Part shown: one piece after another, positions 1 to 12,016 of the stretch
Numbering within the stretch: the first letter of the stretch is position 1
Layout: every line of letters starts with the position of its first letter
DNA from: Takakia lepidozioides
Lineage: Eukaryota > Plantae > Bryophyta
DNA length: 64,000 bases
Assembly: GCA_030704615.1 (NCBI GenBank)
Contig: CM060733.1
Span: 19,530,001-19,594,000 of the forward strand
Reading direction: 5' to 3'
Notes under the pieces: model-generated
The model's database searches: none
The model's input: the letters and a program-made list of their open reading frames with translations, nothing else
What the model was told of the DNA's origin: nothing
Program-made: the position numbers and the translations under genes

Positions 1-1380
1 TTACAAGCCTGGCCGTTTGCATCTTGTGGCAGATCATTTGTCACGACTAACAACAGGAGAGGCCGCCACAGGATCAGTTACCTGATGCGAGTTTATTTGT
101 AATGGAGGTGCAAGGAAGTGCAGATGAATGGTTAGATTGGCAGTGGCCAATCAGATACTACCTTGCTCATGGTCAGTGCCCACCTAGTTATGGTAAGGAG
201 CAGAGGAAGAGAATCGCTATCAAAGCTTTACCTTATACTATGGTAGGAAGCAGAATGTATAAGTTAGGACCTGATGGAGTACTAAAACGATGCTTGTACC
301 ACCATGAAGTAAATAAAGTTTTGGCGGAAGTTCATAAAGGAGTGGCTGGAGGTCATTTTGGAGAAGAGACTACCAGTAGAAAGATACTACTCGCAGGATA
401 CTGGTGGCCTACTTTGTTCAAAGATGTACACGAGTATTGTCAGAAGTGTGATGAATGTCAGAGGCCAGAGATCTGGAAGGATGGCCTTGCATCCTACAAT
501 GCCTACGGAACCATTTCAGAAATGGGGACTAGACTTTGTTGGACCAATTAACCCACCATCCAAGAATACACGAAACAGGTACATAATTACAGCCACTGAT
601 TATACTACAAAGTGGGTGGAAGCTAAAGCTTTGAGGGACAACACAGCCAAGTCCACAGCAAGGTTCCTGTACGAGAACATACTTACACGATTTGGCTGTC
701 CCTTAGAATTTATCAGTGATCAAGGAAGTCACTTCATGAATGAGACCATTGAGTTGTTGACTAAAGAGTTTATGATTGTGCATAGAAAGAGTACAACATA
801 TTACCCACAGGGTAATGGGCAGGCAGAGGCTACCAACAAAATACTATGTACTATCTTGGCTAAGATAGTCAATGCAAACAGAACGGATTGGGATACGAAG
901 CTGCTGACAGCTTTGTGGTCATACAGGACTTCATATAAAGTCACCACTAAGTATACACCATTCCAATTAGTTTATGGTATGGAAGCCTTACTTCCAGTGG
1001 AATTCCTGTTACCTACCATGAGAACGGAGTGGGGAAAAAGAATGGAATTGCAAGACTCCATCAAGGTCAGGAAACATGATTATACCATGTGGAAGAAGAA
1101 GTCATGCTGATGCAGCTGATAATATGACCAGAATTCAGATGAAGCGAAAGGAACAGTTTGATGAAGGCAAGTTAAAGACTTTTAAGACAGGAGATTTGGT
1201 TCTATGGTTGCAGAAGAAAGGAAAGATTCAAGCTTCTAAGCTTAAATCACCGTGGAAAGGACCTTATGTCATACAAAAGATTGTATGATAACAACACCGC
1301 CATGTTACAAACCATTAACAAAGAAATGCTGGAAGAGTCAATGCGCATAAGTTGAAGGGGTACAGTGGTATCCATGACAA
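1..1380 (+). pseudogene. pol C-terminus (RNase H linker plus integrase), frameshifted
   Basis: ORFs 102-551, 358-1110 and 1076-1288 tile the integrase of the 2146-aa ORF at 30176-36616 almost residue for residue. Confidence 0.93.
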
Positions 1381-1499
1381 ACCCCTGCAGCATGATTTGC
1401 ATGTTGAACCGCAAGAGCAGGTCAAGGGCTGCACCAGTGTTACGAACGGAGTATGGAACACTTGTCGCTAGACCCAGCATATATGACCAGGGTTGGCAA

Positions 1500-1806
1500 A
1501 ACAAACGTGACACAGCCTATCCAGCCCAGCACGGCAAAAGCACAGCCTATCACAAGCCAATCACGACGTGAAACAGATCACAAGCCATCACGACGTACAC
1601 AGCAGCCTATCACAGATCGGACACCAATCCATCACAGCCCATACGACGTGACACATCCTATCACAGCCCAGCCACGGCGCAACACAGAGCCTATCACAAC
1701 CTACCCACAGCGTGTCACAGCCTATCACAGCTTACCACAGTGCATCACAGCCTATCACAAACGTAACACCTTAATGACACAGCCTGTCACAGCTCAACAC
1801 AGCCTA
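1500..1806 (+). repeat. Degenerate tandem array (CACAGCC / CACAGCCTATCAC) downstream of integrase
   Basis: Repeated acacagcctatcacag units. The homologous, longer array is at 30030-30480 in copy A4. Confidence 0.85.
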
Positions 1807-2503
1807 CTAAAGTTACACGATCCATAGAATCAGTGACAAGTGGACACATAATAACTTCAGGAAAATGGCTGACGGAAGAGGAAACGGAAATTACTTTAAA
1901 AATGGACACGTGGAGGTCGGGCGCGACACACACAGCCGAGAAGGAAGTGCAAGAACAGGTGTCAAAAAGAAAGAGGACAAGAACGGCCGTCAAAAGGGAT
2001 GAAAGGCGGGCCCATTAATGAGTACGGAAAAAGGGAAACGGAACGAACGGCAAGTACAGAAAAGCGGAATTATTGTCACATGTGTGATCCTAGTGGACTA
2101 TCCAACAGGGAAAGTCCACTAAAGAAGATAAAATCTAAAATCCAGTCACAGCGGATACAGCCAATAGAAAACCAGAGAAAGGATCAAGAAAATGGAGGGA
2201 AATTGAGCGCAAGAGGCGGCGTCGTTCTGAGTAACGGGCGTCTCGACAGGACAGACCATCAATGCTATACCTTGGAAACTATGGAGGAACTAACAGACTA
2301 TACGCTCGCAATATTACTTACGCAGTGGCATAGACACGAAAGGACAGAGCGGAGCTTTTCTCTTGAGCGATGCTTGCAAGCCCCGCAGGCTTACAAGAAA
2401 TTACCCATAGCTTTCTGCGTTATGCTTTGCGCACTACAGGCATTCCTGCAGTTGTTACAGCCAAAACAGTTCTGTGATTCTAAAATGAAGAGAGTGAGAG
2501 GAG

Positions 2504-4872
2504 ATGGAGGAAATCAGGGTGAAGAGCACCACCATTCTGCAGAAACAAACAATTCTCCGCACAGGCGATACAGATACTGGAGGAGCTGAGATTGCAAGGA
2601 TTGCAAAGCCTAGATGGACACTACACCATAACAGTACATGTTACAATTTTTGCAGAACTTTGAGCCAAGGACAGGAACAACAACGGTGAAGGAGTTGAAT
2701 TATGAATACTCCCCTATACCTCCAGCAATTGTTTCGATTACCAGCAGGTCAGGTGCAAGTGCATGTGAGCACCAGGGCAAGACTGCAAAGAGGACTTATT
2801 CCAAGAAGGGAGTTTCTTTAAAACTCAGGGTTATGCTTGTACCAAAGGCTGTGTACCCAGGGTTAAAAGAGGTAGGCCAGGTATTGAACGTTCTGATTGC
2901 CATGAAACAGAACCAACAGTATTTGAGCAGATCCTTCACGGGAGGAAATACTCAAAGGCCTGAAGGGACGAGAGGTACAATGGGCGGACATAATGTACAA
3001 CGCACTGGTAGAGGAGATGAAAAGATTACAAGGTACTACCGCAAAGTCTCCTATAATAGTGTCTGGCCCAATCATTGCTCAAATAATCCTTGATTCTGGC
3101 ATACTTAATGCGCAAGAAAGAAAGGAAATGGGAGTGTTTGAGCCAGCAACAACTGCAATGGAAGAGCAAGGCTCTTCACATAGTGAGGGTGGACTAGCAG
3201 GGCAACCCGAGACTAAGAGGCAGAGACGGGGAAAGACTGTAGTGGCGGATCCACTGGCTTCACGGATTCCGCATGATAATGTTTCCCAAGCTCATGGCCA
3301 GGAAGGGGCACAGCAGCACAGAGAAATGCTATTTACTGGAAGCAGGACCTTCGGAGAGGGAGGAGGAAGTTACTTCTGCATCACAACCATCACAGCCACC
3401 TGAACGACTTGTCACAAGGTCACAAGTTCCATGCAGCTCAACAGAAATAATTGATTTGGAAAGTGAAGGGTTAGATATTCCAACTACAGAACAGATAGTG
3501 GCAGAAATAGAGAAGGGGGATCTTCTCTATGAATATTCTGGTCTGGTCAAGGAGACAGAAATCCCAGAGGTGCAACAGTTGCCCAAGGGAAATCCTGAGG
3601 TGCATAAATACACACACCTGTGTCGGAGGTACCACAGGCGGAAGGTCATGACACTGTAGCACCGGTGATAGATGAAGTAGTTCAGGAAGAAAATCCGGTG
3701 GGACAATGGCCTGAATGGTTAGTGAGACATCACACTGTTGAAGATCGAGGAACAGCAGCAACCTCAGCACCTCAACATGAGAACCTCAACAGGCAATGCT
3801 GATGAGTTCCATAGGCAGGACACTTAATTTGTTGGGGACTTATGTCAAATCCCATGTTCCAATACCCCAATTGACAGCCTTGAAAGAGGAACTCAGGAAG
3901 GAGTTTGAGGCTCGAACTTGCCACTGAGTGTGCAAACAAGGTCGATGAAGAGTCACTCTCAAGATGAAAGCAGGACTTGGGAAATACAGAAATGGCTTTG
4001 CAATGGCCAAGGAACGTTGATTGAGGCAGGCCTCGCGCAAGACCAGTTGCACGAAGCACATAAGCAACAGCTATACCAAATGCAGGTGCAAGCATGAAGC
4101 AAGTTGCAAGAACTGAATGCACTACAATACGGAGTTGCGACAGATGCATAACTGATGACGATACAATGTGCTACATTTACAACTATGCTTGACCAATTCT
4201 ACAAAAGAAATAAAAGTCAAGCGGAAAATGTCCGAAGGCAGAAGAAGAGAATGTTGAGCAAATGAAGCTCATTGTAGATATGAAGAATACCAATCTGTTG
4301 CAATGAAGATACTTTCAAGCAATACAGGCAGATTGAAGCTTATCAAGAGAAGCACATCATGGAGTTGCAAACAAACCATCATGGCCAATAGAAATGAAAT
4401 CGCGGTCAAATAACAAGGCTTGGAAGGAAGGCAAATAATCTACTTGCTGCTTATGCGCAGTTTGGTTGAACCTCAGGAAGCGCATGGAGGCTTTACAACA
4501 GCATTGGAATTGTACAAGCTAAGAGAGGGCAAAATCTCAGGGGAACCACAAGCAACTTGGTGGATAACAGCCTTATGCAGGTCTGGTTAGCACAATGGGC
4601 CAGTAGAGGGCAAAGCACCACGGAAGCTCACCCAAAGCGAGATGAATGAGCTCAGGCTGCAGGTGCAGAACATTGCCACAACTACTATAGACAATGTCTA
4701 TAGTAGGATAGCAGAGTTACAAGAGGAGTCGACGACTGCAGACTCAAGTGGAAGACCTCACTTCAAACATCGACCAAAGAGTCTATATCCCTCAGGACAG
4801 CTAATGGCTTCTTATTTACAAGCCAGAACTTTGGCTTTTCAGTCTTCACAGGAGGTGCAGGAGATGCAATGA
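2504..4872 (+). pseudogene. Family A extra ORF3 (sense, downstream of pol): plant-retrotransposon accessory domain, acidic low-complexity linker and coiled coil; frameshifted
   Basis: Fragments join as QFLQNFEPRTGTTTVKE..LNVLIAMKQNQQYLSRSFTEEILK.L.G.EV.WADIMYNALVEEMKRL..MNELRLQVQNIATTTIDNVYSRIAELQEE. The same peptides recur in copy A3 (ORFs 25563-25859 and 23905-24231). Confidence 0.7.
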
Positions 4873-6038
4873 TACAAGAGCAAGATCCACCCACCACCAC
4901 CACAACAGTCACTGTACCAGTAGCTGAACCTGTGGTTACTACAACCACACCACAGCCACCACAGCCGGGAGGTATGGGGCAATGCCGCTTTTAACCCACC
5001 TAAAACTCCAACTGCAAGGGAGAGTACAGTAGGGCTATGATTATGCCCCTTCAACCAAATTCCCATCATGTTGGATTTGGCTTGGAAAGAATTTAGTCCT
5101 CCGCAGTCATTCGCACATTACTACAAATCATGCGTATTTGGCTGCTAGTGGCAACTAGGACTAAAGTTCTTCCGAACAATCGACATATTGAAGATCATCA
5201 CTTTGCACAATACTGGCACGAGGCAGGTACCATGTTGAGGGAATTGATTGCTTTCCAGGTTGTACATGGACTCATTTATACCAAGACCAAGGAGATAGCA
5301 AGTATTGTCATGGGGTGCGGGTTATACTACACTGCTTGTTTTCTGGTACGTTACCACATTGAACAACAAAAGATGCAAACACGCTTTCAAAGTTATTCCA
5401 GTGGAGATCATTGGGTATTACCTTCGGTGCCACCTCATATGTACCTATATGACCCAAAAGTTATGATGCAAAAGGATTCTCAAATTCGTTCATGGTTTCA
5501 AGCGGCCTGGAACCATTTGTCAACACAGAAATTCGGCATTGATGACATTTTCTATAAGGGACATGTGGCATGGAAGTACTTGCACGCTGCACCAGTAATT
5601 GGTACTCCACTCACCTGGACAGACAAGGAGCTCAGTGTCTACACCAATTTTGCTATTCAGCGGTTACACCATGTTGTAAAATACAAACTTCCAGACATGG
5701 TAGGACAACATTGTATGCCCCAAATGATTCCACAAAAAGTTCGAAAATTAAAACACCTGAGAGGCGATGAGGATTCTGATACAACTGTTTCTTCACCGAA
5801 TTCTTCTGACATGGCAGAAGACTATGCAATTCAGATGGAAGAGAAGAAGCGAAGGGGATCTCCTATGCCGGAAAGATTACCTCGATATCAGCCTCTAGAG
5901 AGCCTGACTTATCCAGGTAGTGATCAACCATCTCCGTCAACCAGAGACAGACCTCGGGCTTGTACACACAGTCCGCCAAGAAACTCTCAACGTCAAGAAG
6001 GTGCTCACTCACAAAGGTTTCCTAGTCGAAATCAGTAA
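4869..6038 (+). CDS. Family A extra ORF4, unknown protein (302-aa open segment 5130-6038; probable start ATG at 4869 with frameshifts before 5130)
   Basis: Long open frame ending just before the PPT. Its C-terminus (EKKRRGS.MPERLPRYQP.E.LTYPGS) is conserved in copy A3 (23602-23802). Confidence 0.65.
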
Positions 6039-6076
6039 ACCGTGAGGACACGGCTTTTTGAGGGGGGAAGGGGTAA

Positions 6077-7135
6077 TGTTAGAGGACTGTCGGGGACTTA
6101 GACACTTATACGGGATCTGTAGGGTACCCTTAATTTTTGCACAGACTGAGACCAACAGGAGCCTTAGGGGTGACAGCAGCGCACTGTAGAGGGGGGTTAC
6201 ACAGCCCGTCACAGCCGTCACAGTCGTCACAGCAGACACAGCCGACACAGCCGACACAGCCCGGCACAGCCAAACACACAGCCCGTCACAGTCGACACAA
6301 AGCCCGACACAGCCAACACAGCCCGTCACAATCGTCACAGCCAACACAGCCAACACAGCCCGTCACAGTCGTCACAGCAGACACAGCCGACACAGCCCGG
6401 CACAGCCACACAGCCAGTCACAGCCCGACACAGCCAAACACAGTCGCACAGCCAGTCACAGCCCGTCACAGTTTCACACAGCCAGTCACAGCTTGACACA
6501 TCTGTCACGATCATAGGGAACAAAGAGTAGGACAGGGAACGACTGTGGGGAACAACACCTGCGAAGGGAACATGTTAGTTCACAGACACGGTTAGTGAGG
6601 GAAACGGTTAGAACCGCGGATAGGAAGATAAAGGGAGAAACGGGGAATGAAGGGACATCATTCGGAGGAGGACTTCTTGGTGATAGATGATTGGGAGGAG
6701 ATCGGGTAGAGATGAGGAACGGAAGTGAAGATAGAGAGATGATGAGTAGATGCTTGATATAGGCAAGGCTGTAATGATATTGTAGAGCAGATTAGAGACA
6801 CAATGGCTTTGGCCTGATACCTGATAAATCATAATCGGATACTTTTACGATACAATCACACTGTGTAGAGAGATCTGAGTGAAGCTGTGAAATGAATGGA
6901 TGAGCTGATGGAATCCAATAGATTGATAAAGCAAATTGATACTTAATTATCAATGGTAAGATAGCTAACATGAATACCAAAAGGAAAACAAATAGGAAAC
7001 ACCCCCATGATACACTAGCTGTAGGTCATGACTGATTGTTCTGCGCGGGCTGAGTACTTAGAGATTTCCAACTCTTCTATCTTGGAGTTTCCGCCTCGAA
7101 TAGCGAAGGGATGGGTGAGTAAAAGCCGCGCGACA
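6077..7135 (+). repeat. 3' LTR of A1 (contains a CACAGCC minisatellite at about 6199-6495)
   Basis: TG..CA ends, preceded by the PPT. Matches the LTRs at 20376-21174, 22513-23560 and 37227-38325. Confidence 0.95.
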
Positions 7136-7889
7136 GATGCCAAGACAAACATTGGTAAGGCTCAACTAACCCAGGCCCGTAATTTTAACAAGCGTGTCAA
7201 GTATTCTAACCTGTTCAGGGGGACAGGACCGTGTGCGTTTGATTACAACATGGCAAACATGCATGCAAATCTAAGCTCAAGATCGTCGGTCCATACTTGA
7301 TCTATCAGATTTTATGTGGGGGACGTGCTCTCCTTCTTCCACAAGGTTCTAATACTGAAGTGCGGGATGAATCTGTTTCCTTGACTGACTTGGTGCATTC
7401 CGAGCTAGTTTTTGATGTTACATGTATCAATGTGGAGGGGCACACGGTGGGGTGATGTCTTGCTCTTCTTAGCCGATCTACTTCAGCTTGATCCACTTCT
7501 CTTCTCAATGGCTTAGTCTTAGTTTGCGGATGATGACTCTTGGGGTCCTAGGACTTGACCTCTCTAGGACTTAGAACATTTTTAGCTTCATGGCATATCA
7601 CCATCTGTACTCCCTGCACGGTTTTCCTAGCCAAGGGTTTTGTCCTCGGCCCAACTTGCAGGTGCCAGGTTTTCCCTTGGTAGGTTTTTCACCCAGCAGT
7701 GGGGGGTGATATTTTCCTATTATTTGTTTTCCTTCGCGGAGCTCACAATTTTTCGTGGGGGGGTAGGCTTCACAGATGTAAATCCCCATATTTGCTTAGC
7801 CTAGAAATGGCCCGTTTCATCCAAAACGGCGATACACATCCTAGTATATGTTTTTGGCGTATGAAGCCGTTAAACCGTTACAATGATAT

Positions 7890-8030
7890 TTATATTAGGG
7901 TTAGTTTTGGCTGGTGGCTCGATCCTGGCCCTTCGTCAGATCTAGGGCTACAAGGCGGCGCCATGGGCTTTGTCTTGTGACGCCTCGCCACGTGGCGGGC
8001 CACTACGGGTAGGGCTTTTGTATAAAGACG
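7890..8030 (+). promoter_or_regulatory. Orphan promoter-like cassette (telo-box-like, G-box, site-II-like, TATA)
   Basis: attagggtt 7894, cgccacgtggcg 7986, gggccca 7997, tataaa 8021. No credible ORF follows. Confidence 0.3.
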
Positions 8031-8244
8031 GTGCCCTGACACAAGGTCAGGGCGGTGTATTCGGGTGTTAGTGTATGTGTGATTTCGGTGTACAAACTTT
8101 GGATGAGAGCTCCTGTGTGTCAGATCCGCCTGCTTGATCCTCCTCTCGCGCATTGCTTGCTCTTTCGTTTGCTCCTTTGTTGTGTAAACTCGTTTCTTGA
8201 GAGGAAGGGAGGATATGCTTCAGGCTCGTTTTGAGGCTTCATAG

Positions 8245-8546
8245 TGTATAGCAGAGGAGAAATTCTCCTGACACCTGATGAGTCATGTCCTTCCTCTTCA
8301 TTCTCATGTTCGAAACCCTAAAAATTATTGACTACCTATTATGCAGTAAAAAAACGATTGCATGCCACTCTTTCTAAATTTGTTTTCGTGGCGAATTTTG
8401 ATGTACTTGCAAAATCTTATTGAGACATGAAAATTATTTATATTCAAGTACTTCATGTACACATACAACCCTGGACTATGAGTTCCATTTGAACACGGTA
8501 GAGAAGGGGGTCTAAAGCAACAGATTTCAGGCTCCAGCACTCCCAT
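8245..8546 (+). repeat. Third copy of the TBP downstream flank
   Basis: Aligns with 57571-57926 and with 51601-52073. Confidence 0.9.
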
Positions 8547-8696
8547 ATCTATACCGTGACTGAAGGTAGGGGTGTTGGTATATGTACAACATTACTACTC
8601 TCTCTTTTTCATGTCACTCCTAAGAGAAGATTGTTCACTTCATGTCTATCTATAAGTCATGTTCTGAAGGTAGGGGGTGTTGGTGGGCAGTGGCTT

Positions 8697-9574
8697 TACT
8701 ATCATGTTGTAAATACCTCAATCTGGCATTAGAAAAAGGATGAACTCCTTGAAATTTATCCCCAAGGACACTATCTACCACGGCCCCTTCAGGACATATA
8801 GGTAGGAAAGAACCAAAAGACCTCCTGCAGCAAGTTGTAAGGTCAAAACGAGCCCGAATTTTTATTGTGATCGGGCACAATCCGGCTGAGGGGAGCAGAA
8901 CATTATGTGAGAAGATGCCACAGAAAACGACATGGTTACATTGTTCACAAAAGAGATATGACCCTCCGACAAATCCATTGCAGACTACCGTGGGGCCGCG
9001 CCGTCTCCAAGCACGTCAGCCCTGGAAAAGTTGAATGAGGAAGATGAAACACATCGTACAAACCAAAAACAGACCCTCCGCGTAGTTAAGGGTGCGACAG
9101 TTGCTTTGAACAATGATAAATTTCTTAGGGTGATAGGCAAAGAATGGAGAGGGGGCTTCCTTTCTATGAATAGATTACAGGGACGTAATTGCAAGCTAAA
9201 AATTTATCATTGTTCAAAGCAATTGTTGCACCCTTAACTACGCGGAGGGTCTGTTTTTGGTTTGTACGATGTGTTTCATCTTCCTCATTCAACTTTTCCA
9301 AGACTGACGTGCTTGGAGACGGCGCGGCCCCACGGTAGTCTGCAATGGATTTGTCGGAGGGTCATATCTCTTTTGTGAACAATGTAACCATGCGCGTCTT
9401 CTCACATAACGTTCTGTTCCCCTCAGCCCGATCGCAATAAGAATTGCGGGCTGGTTTTGACCTTACAACTTGCTACAGGAGGTTCTTTCCTACCTATATG
9501 TCCTGAAGGGGTCGTGGTAGATAGTGTCCTTGGCGATACATTTCAGGGATTAAGGTATTTACAACATGATAGTA
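8697..9574. repeat. Long inverted repeat (arms about 8697-9123 and 9200-9574, spacer about 76 bp) made from TBP-distal flank sequence
   Basis: Left arm matches 56987-57376 in direct orientation; right arm is its reverse complement. Confidence 0.9.
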
Positions 9575-10197
9575 TTGTCAAGTTTGAAGGAGTGAAGAGA
9601 ATAGTTTGAATTATTTCTTTGTGTCAATATATCTAGCTCTACGAGCTTTTGTTTTTTCCTCTTGGGGACAATTTAACCCATTTGTACAGTCACTTGGCCC
9701 CACTTGGCTATTTTTATAAAGCTATGCAGGTTTGGGAAAAGGTGTTATATTGGAAACTCAGTATGTATTTGGGCCCATGGCGCCAATTCTTAGCAAATTC
9801 TCAGCTATATATTCGTCACTATTCTATCCATCCGGTACATCCCTCATTTTTCATTCCTTTACATTTCATAGTTGTCAACCTAAATATTCCCAAATGCTTG
9901 TAGAATAGCCCACGCTTTGATTTCCCTGTCATACTGTTACCTACTACTCATAAATTCCCCGGATCTTACAATTGGTTCTTACAATATTCCGACAACAATT
10001 CCAGTTACTTCGTTGAGCTGCACAGTTGCCATGGACTTATGAGTGCTGCCACGGACATTGAACATGCAGAGATAATAGGAGAGGAAGGGGGTCCACACCA
10101 ACAGGAACACAGGCTTGCACGATAAGTAGATCAACGAGCTTACGGTCCTTTGGTGAAGATCCAAGGTGAGAGTGTCAACATGAGATCACAACACCTC
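9575..10197 (-). repeat. Inverted duplicate of 55060-55569 plus 56881-56990 (without the 1.3-kb insert)
   Basis: Reverse-complement match; ORFs 9649-9903 and 55288-55560, and 9979-10164 and 55094-55279, are near-identical. Confidence 0.9.
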
Positions 10198-10377
10198 GGT
10201 CAGTGCCCACCCAGTTATGGGAAGGAGCAGATGAAAAGAATAGCTATCAAGGCTATACCATACACTATGATAGGTGGAAGATTGTATAAGCTAGGACCTG
10301 ATGGAGTTCTTAAACGATGTTTGTACCACCATGAGATAAATAAAGTTTTGGAAGAAGTTCATAAGGGAGTGGCTAGA
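10198..10377 (+). pseudogene. Family A-related integrase fragment (left target flank of element B)
   Basis: GQCPPSYGKEQ..VHKGVA continues after element B at 18711 (GGHFGEETTSRK). Confidence 0.9.
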
Positions 10378-11113
10378 TGTCGCGCACCTCACTTCGGTAA
10401 GCTCCCCTTCAAATCATAGTTACTCGCTTTGATGCGCGCGCCTAACTCCCAAACTGGCCGCCGGGCCAACTCGGAGCTTCGGCTGCTCACCTGGACATAA
10501 CGGTCCCCCTTTATTCCTCTACAAGACCCTCTCTCAATTTGGGCCTAGTGGAAATTCCCTTTGGATGTTGGTAGTCTGGAATAGCTCCCCACATCTTGGT
10601 CGCTTTCCGGCTCGCACGCTTACTCACTAGTTTTTGGTCACCAATGGGCTTGCACCATTCTCGGGGTTACTACTCCCTATATATACTTCTGTGACTGTCC
10701 GTGGGGGTTTCACAAACAACCCAATCATTTTATGGCGAACCACCATGAAAACCCTCGATTCCCGGTGATGAGTCGCGGTGAGTCTTGGCCCACCCACCAC
10801 GGTCCCATTGGACCGTGATAAGTCCCAAGACTCCCCACGACTCCCACCACAAGGTCTCCGCCCCCATGGTGAGTCCTATGCCACCCCCACTAAGTCCCAC
10901 TAAGTCCCACTAAGCTACCACCACCCCTCGTGGAACCACCCCCACCGCAACCCGGTGTGCGGGGCTCCATCTAGTGAGCACCTCCGCCTCCTTGAGTGCC
11001 TTGGGCACTCAAGGGTGCTTCAGCCCCCATATCTATTGTTGCCACTGCCCCCACCATAGGGGTAGCCCCTCTTGTGTCCCGACCCCCTGCCCTCAAGGCG
11101 AAGGGCCGCGACA
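10378..11113 (-). repeat. 3' LTR of element B
   Basis: tgtcgcg..cgcgaca termini; roughly 95% similar by eye to 17989-18710. Confidence 0.95.
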
Positions 11114-12016
11114 CACACCCCTACCAACAGGGAGTTGATGTCCTCATCGACTTGTCCATTTTGTAGAAACGAACATCCAAGTTGTGGCGTCCCACATCAA
11201 GGAGTTTGTTTCCGTACCATGGCGTCCCATGGCAAAGAACCAAACCCCCACTTGACTCAATTCTTCACTAGCTAGTTCGGCCGACTTCCTCCAAGTCCCG
11301 GCTAAGGGTGGAGCCTCTCAAGCTCCACCCAGTGCACTCTTCTTGGCCCACTTCAAGGCCAAGGAACGATCCTCCCCGAGGATCGAATCGCCTTACTGCA
11401 ACAACATTGCTTGCGATCGCTTATGATGCCGCTTTTGCAATCATCTTGAGCAAGGGTTCACCTTGAACCCTTTTTGACTAGGAAGATAACCTTGAACCAA
11501 CTGTGCGCCCCAATCACTACAATTGGGTCCGCCTTGGAATGCTGGCCTGAGGTACGGGAACACGGCGAAGCCGCACTACGACTTCGTCCCGAGGTTACAC
11601 GATTATAGTACGTGAACGGAAGCACGTAGCTTCCGCGTTAATCCGCACTACAAGACAACCCCCTCGGTAGTGCAGTTATAGTACGCGCACGCGCAAGGTG
11701 CGCACTAGCACGTGAACTCTCAAAGAAGGCGCAAGTTTCCTTGCCCCTTGGATGGGAGTCACCCGATTACGGCACTGCACAAACACACGATTAATCCAAT
11801 TTACCTCTCACATTTTTGTACGCTAGCATGCATTCTACACACTAGCCAACCATACCATGCATCACCATTCCAAACAAAATAGGACGCACAACATTTGGAA
11901 ACCATTTCATTTATAACAAAATTTGTATAATACAAGTTTTTGCAATCGGATTCATGAAGTAGCTAAGCTGGCTAAGCATGCATTTCCTCCCCCACGATCC
12001 AAGGTTGATGTCCCCA

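Larger units (their letters stand above)
1..7135 (+). mobile_element. Family A Ty3/Gypsy (non-chromovirus) copy A1, 3' half: RNase H linker, integrase, about 4.7-kb 3' region with extra ORFs, PPT and 3' LTR
   Basis: Integrase motifs GHFG..CQKCDEC, WGLDFVGP and PWKGPY. PPT gagggggaagggg precedes an LTR running TGTTAG(6077)..GCGACA(7135). Colinear with the minus-strand copy at 29398-38325. Confidence 0.95.

Noticed and set aside
5130-6038. ORF4 as a retroviral envelope protein
   Set aside because: Only one weakly hydrophobic segment, with no signal peptide or C-terminal anchor; position alone is not evidence.
8255-8325. Hammerhead-like CTGATGAG..CGAAAC
   Set aside because: Stem II is poorly paired, there is no stem III partner or NUH site, and the motif is broken in the paralogues at 51631 and 57600.
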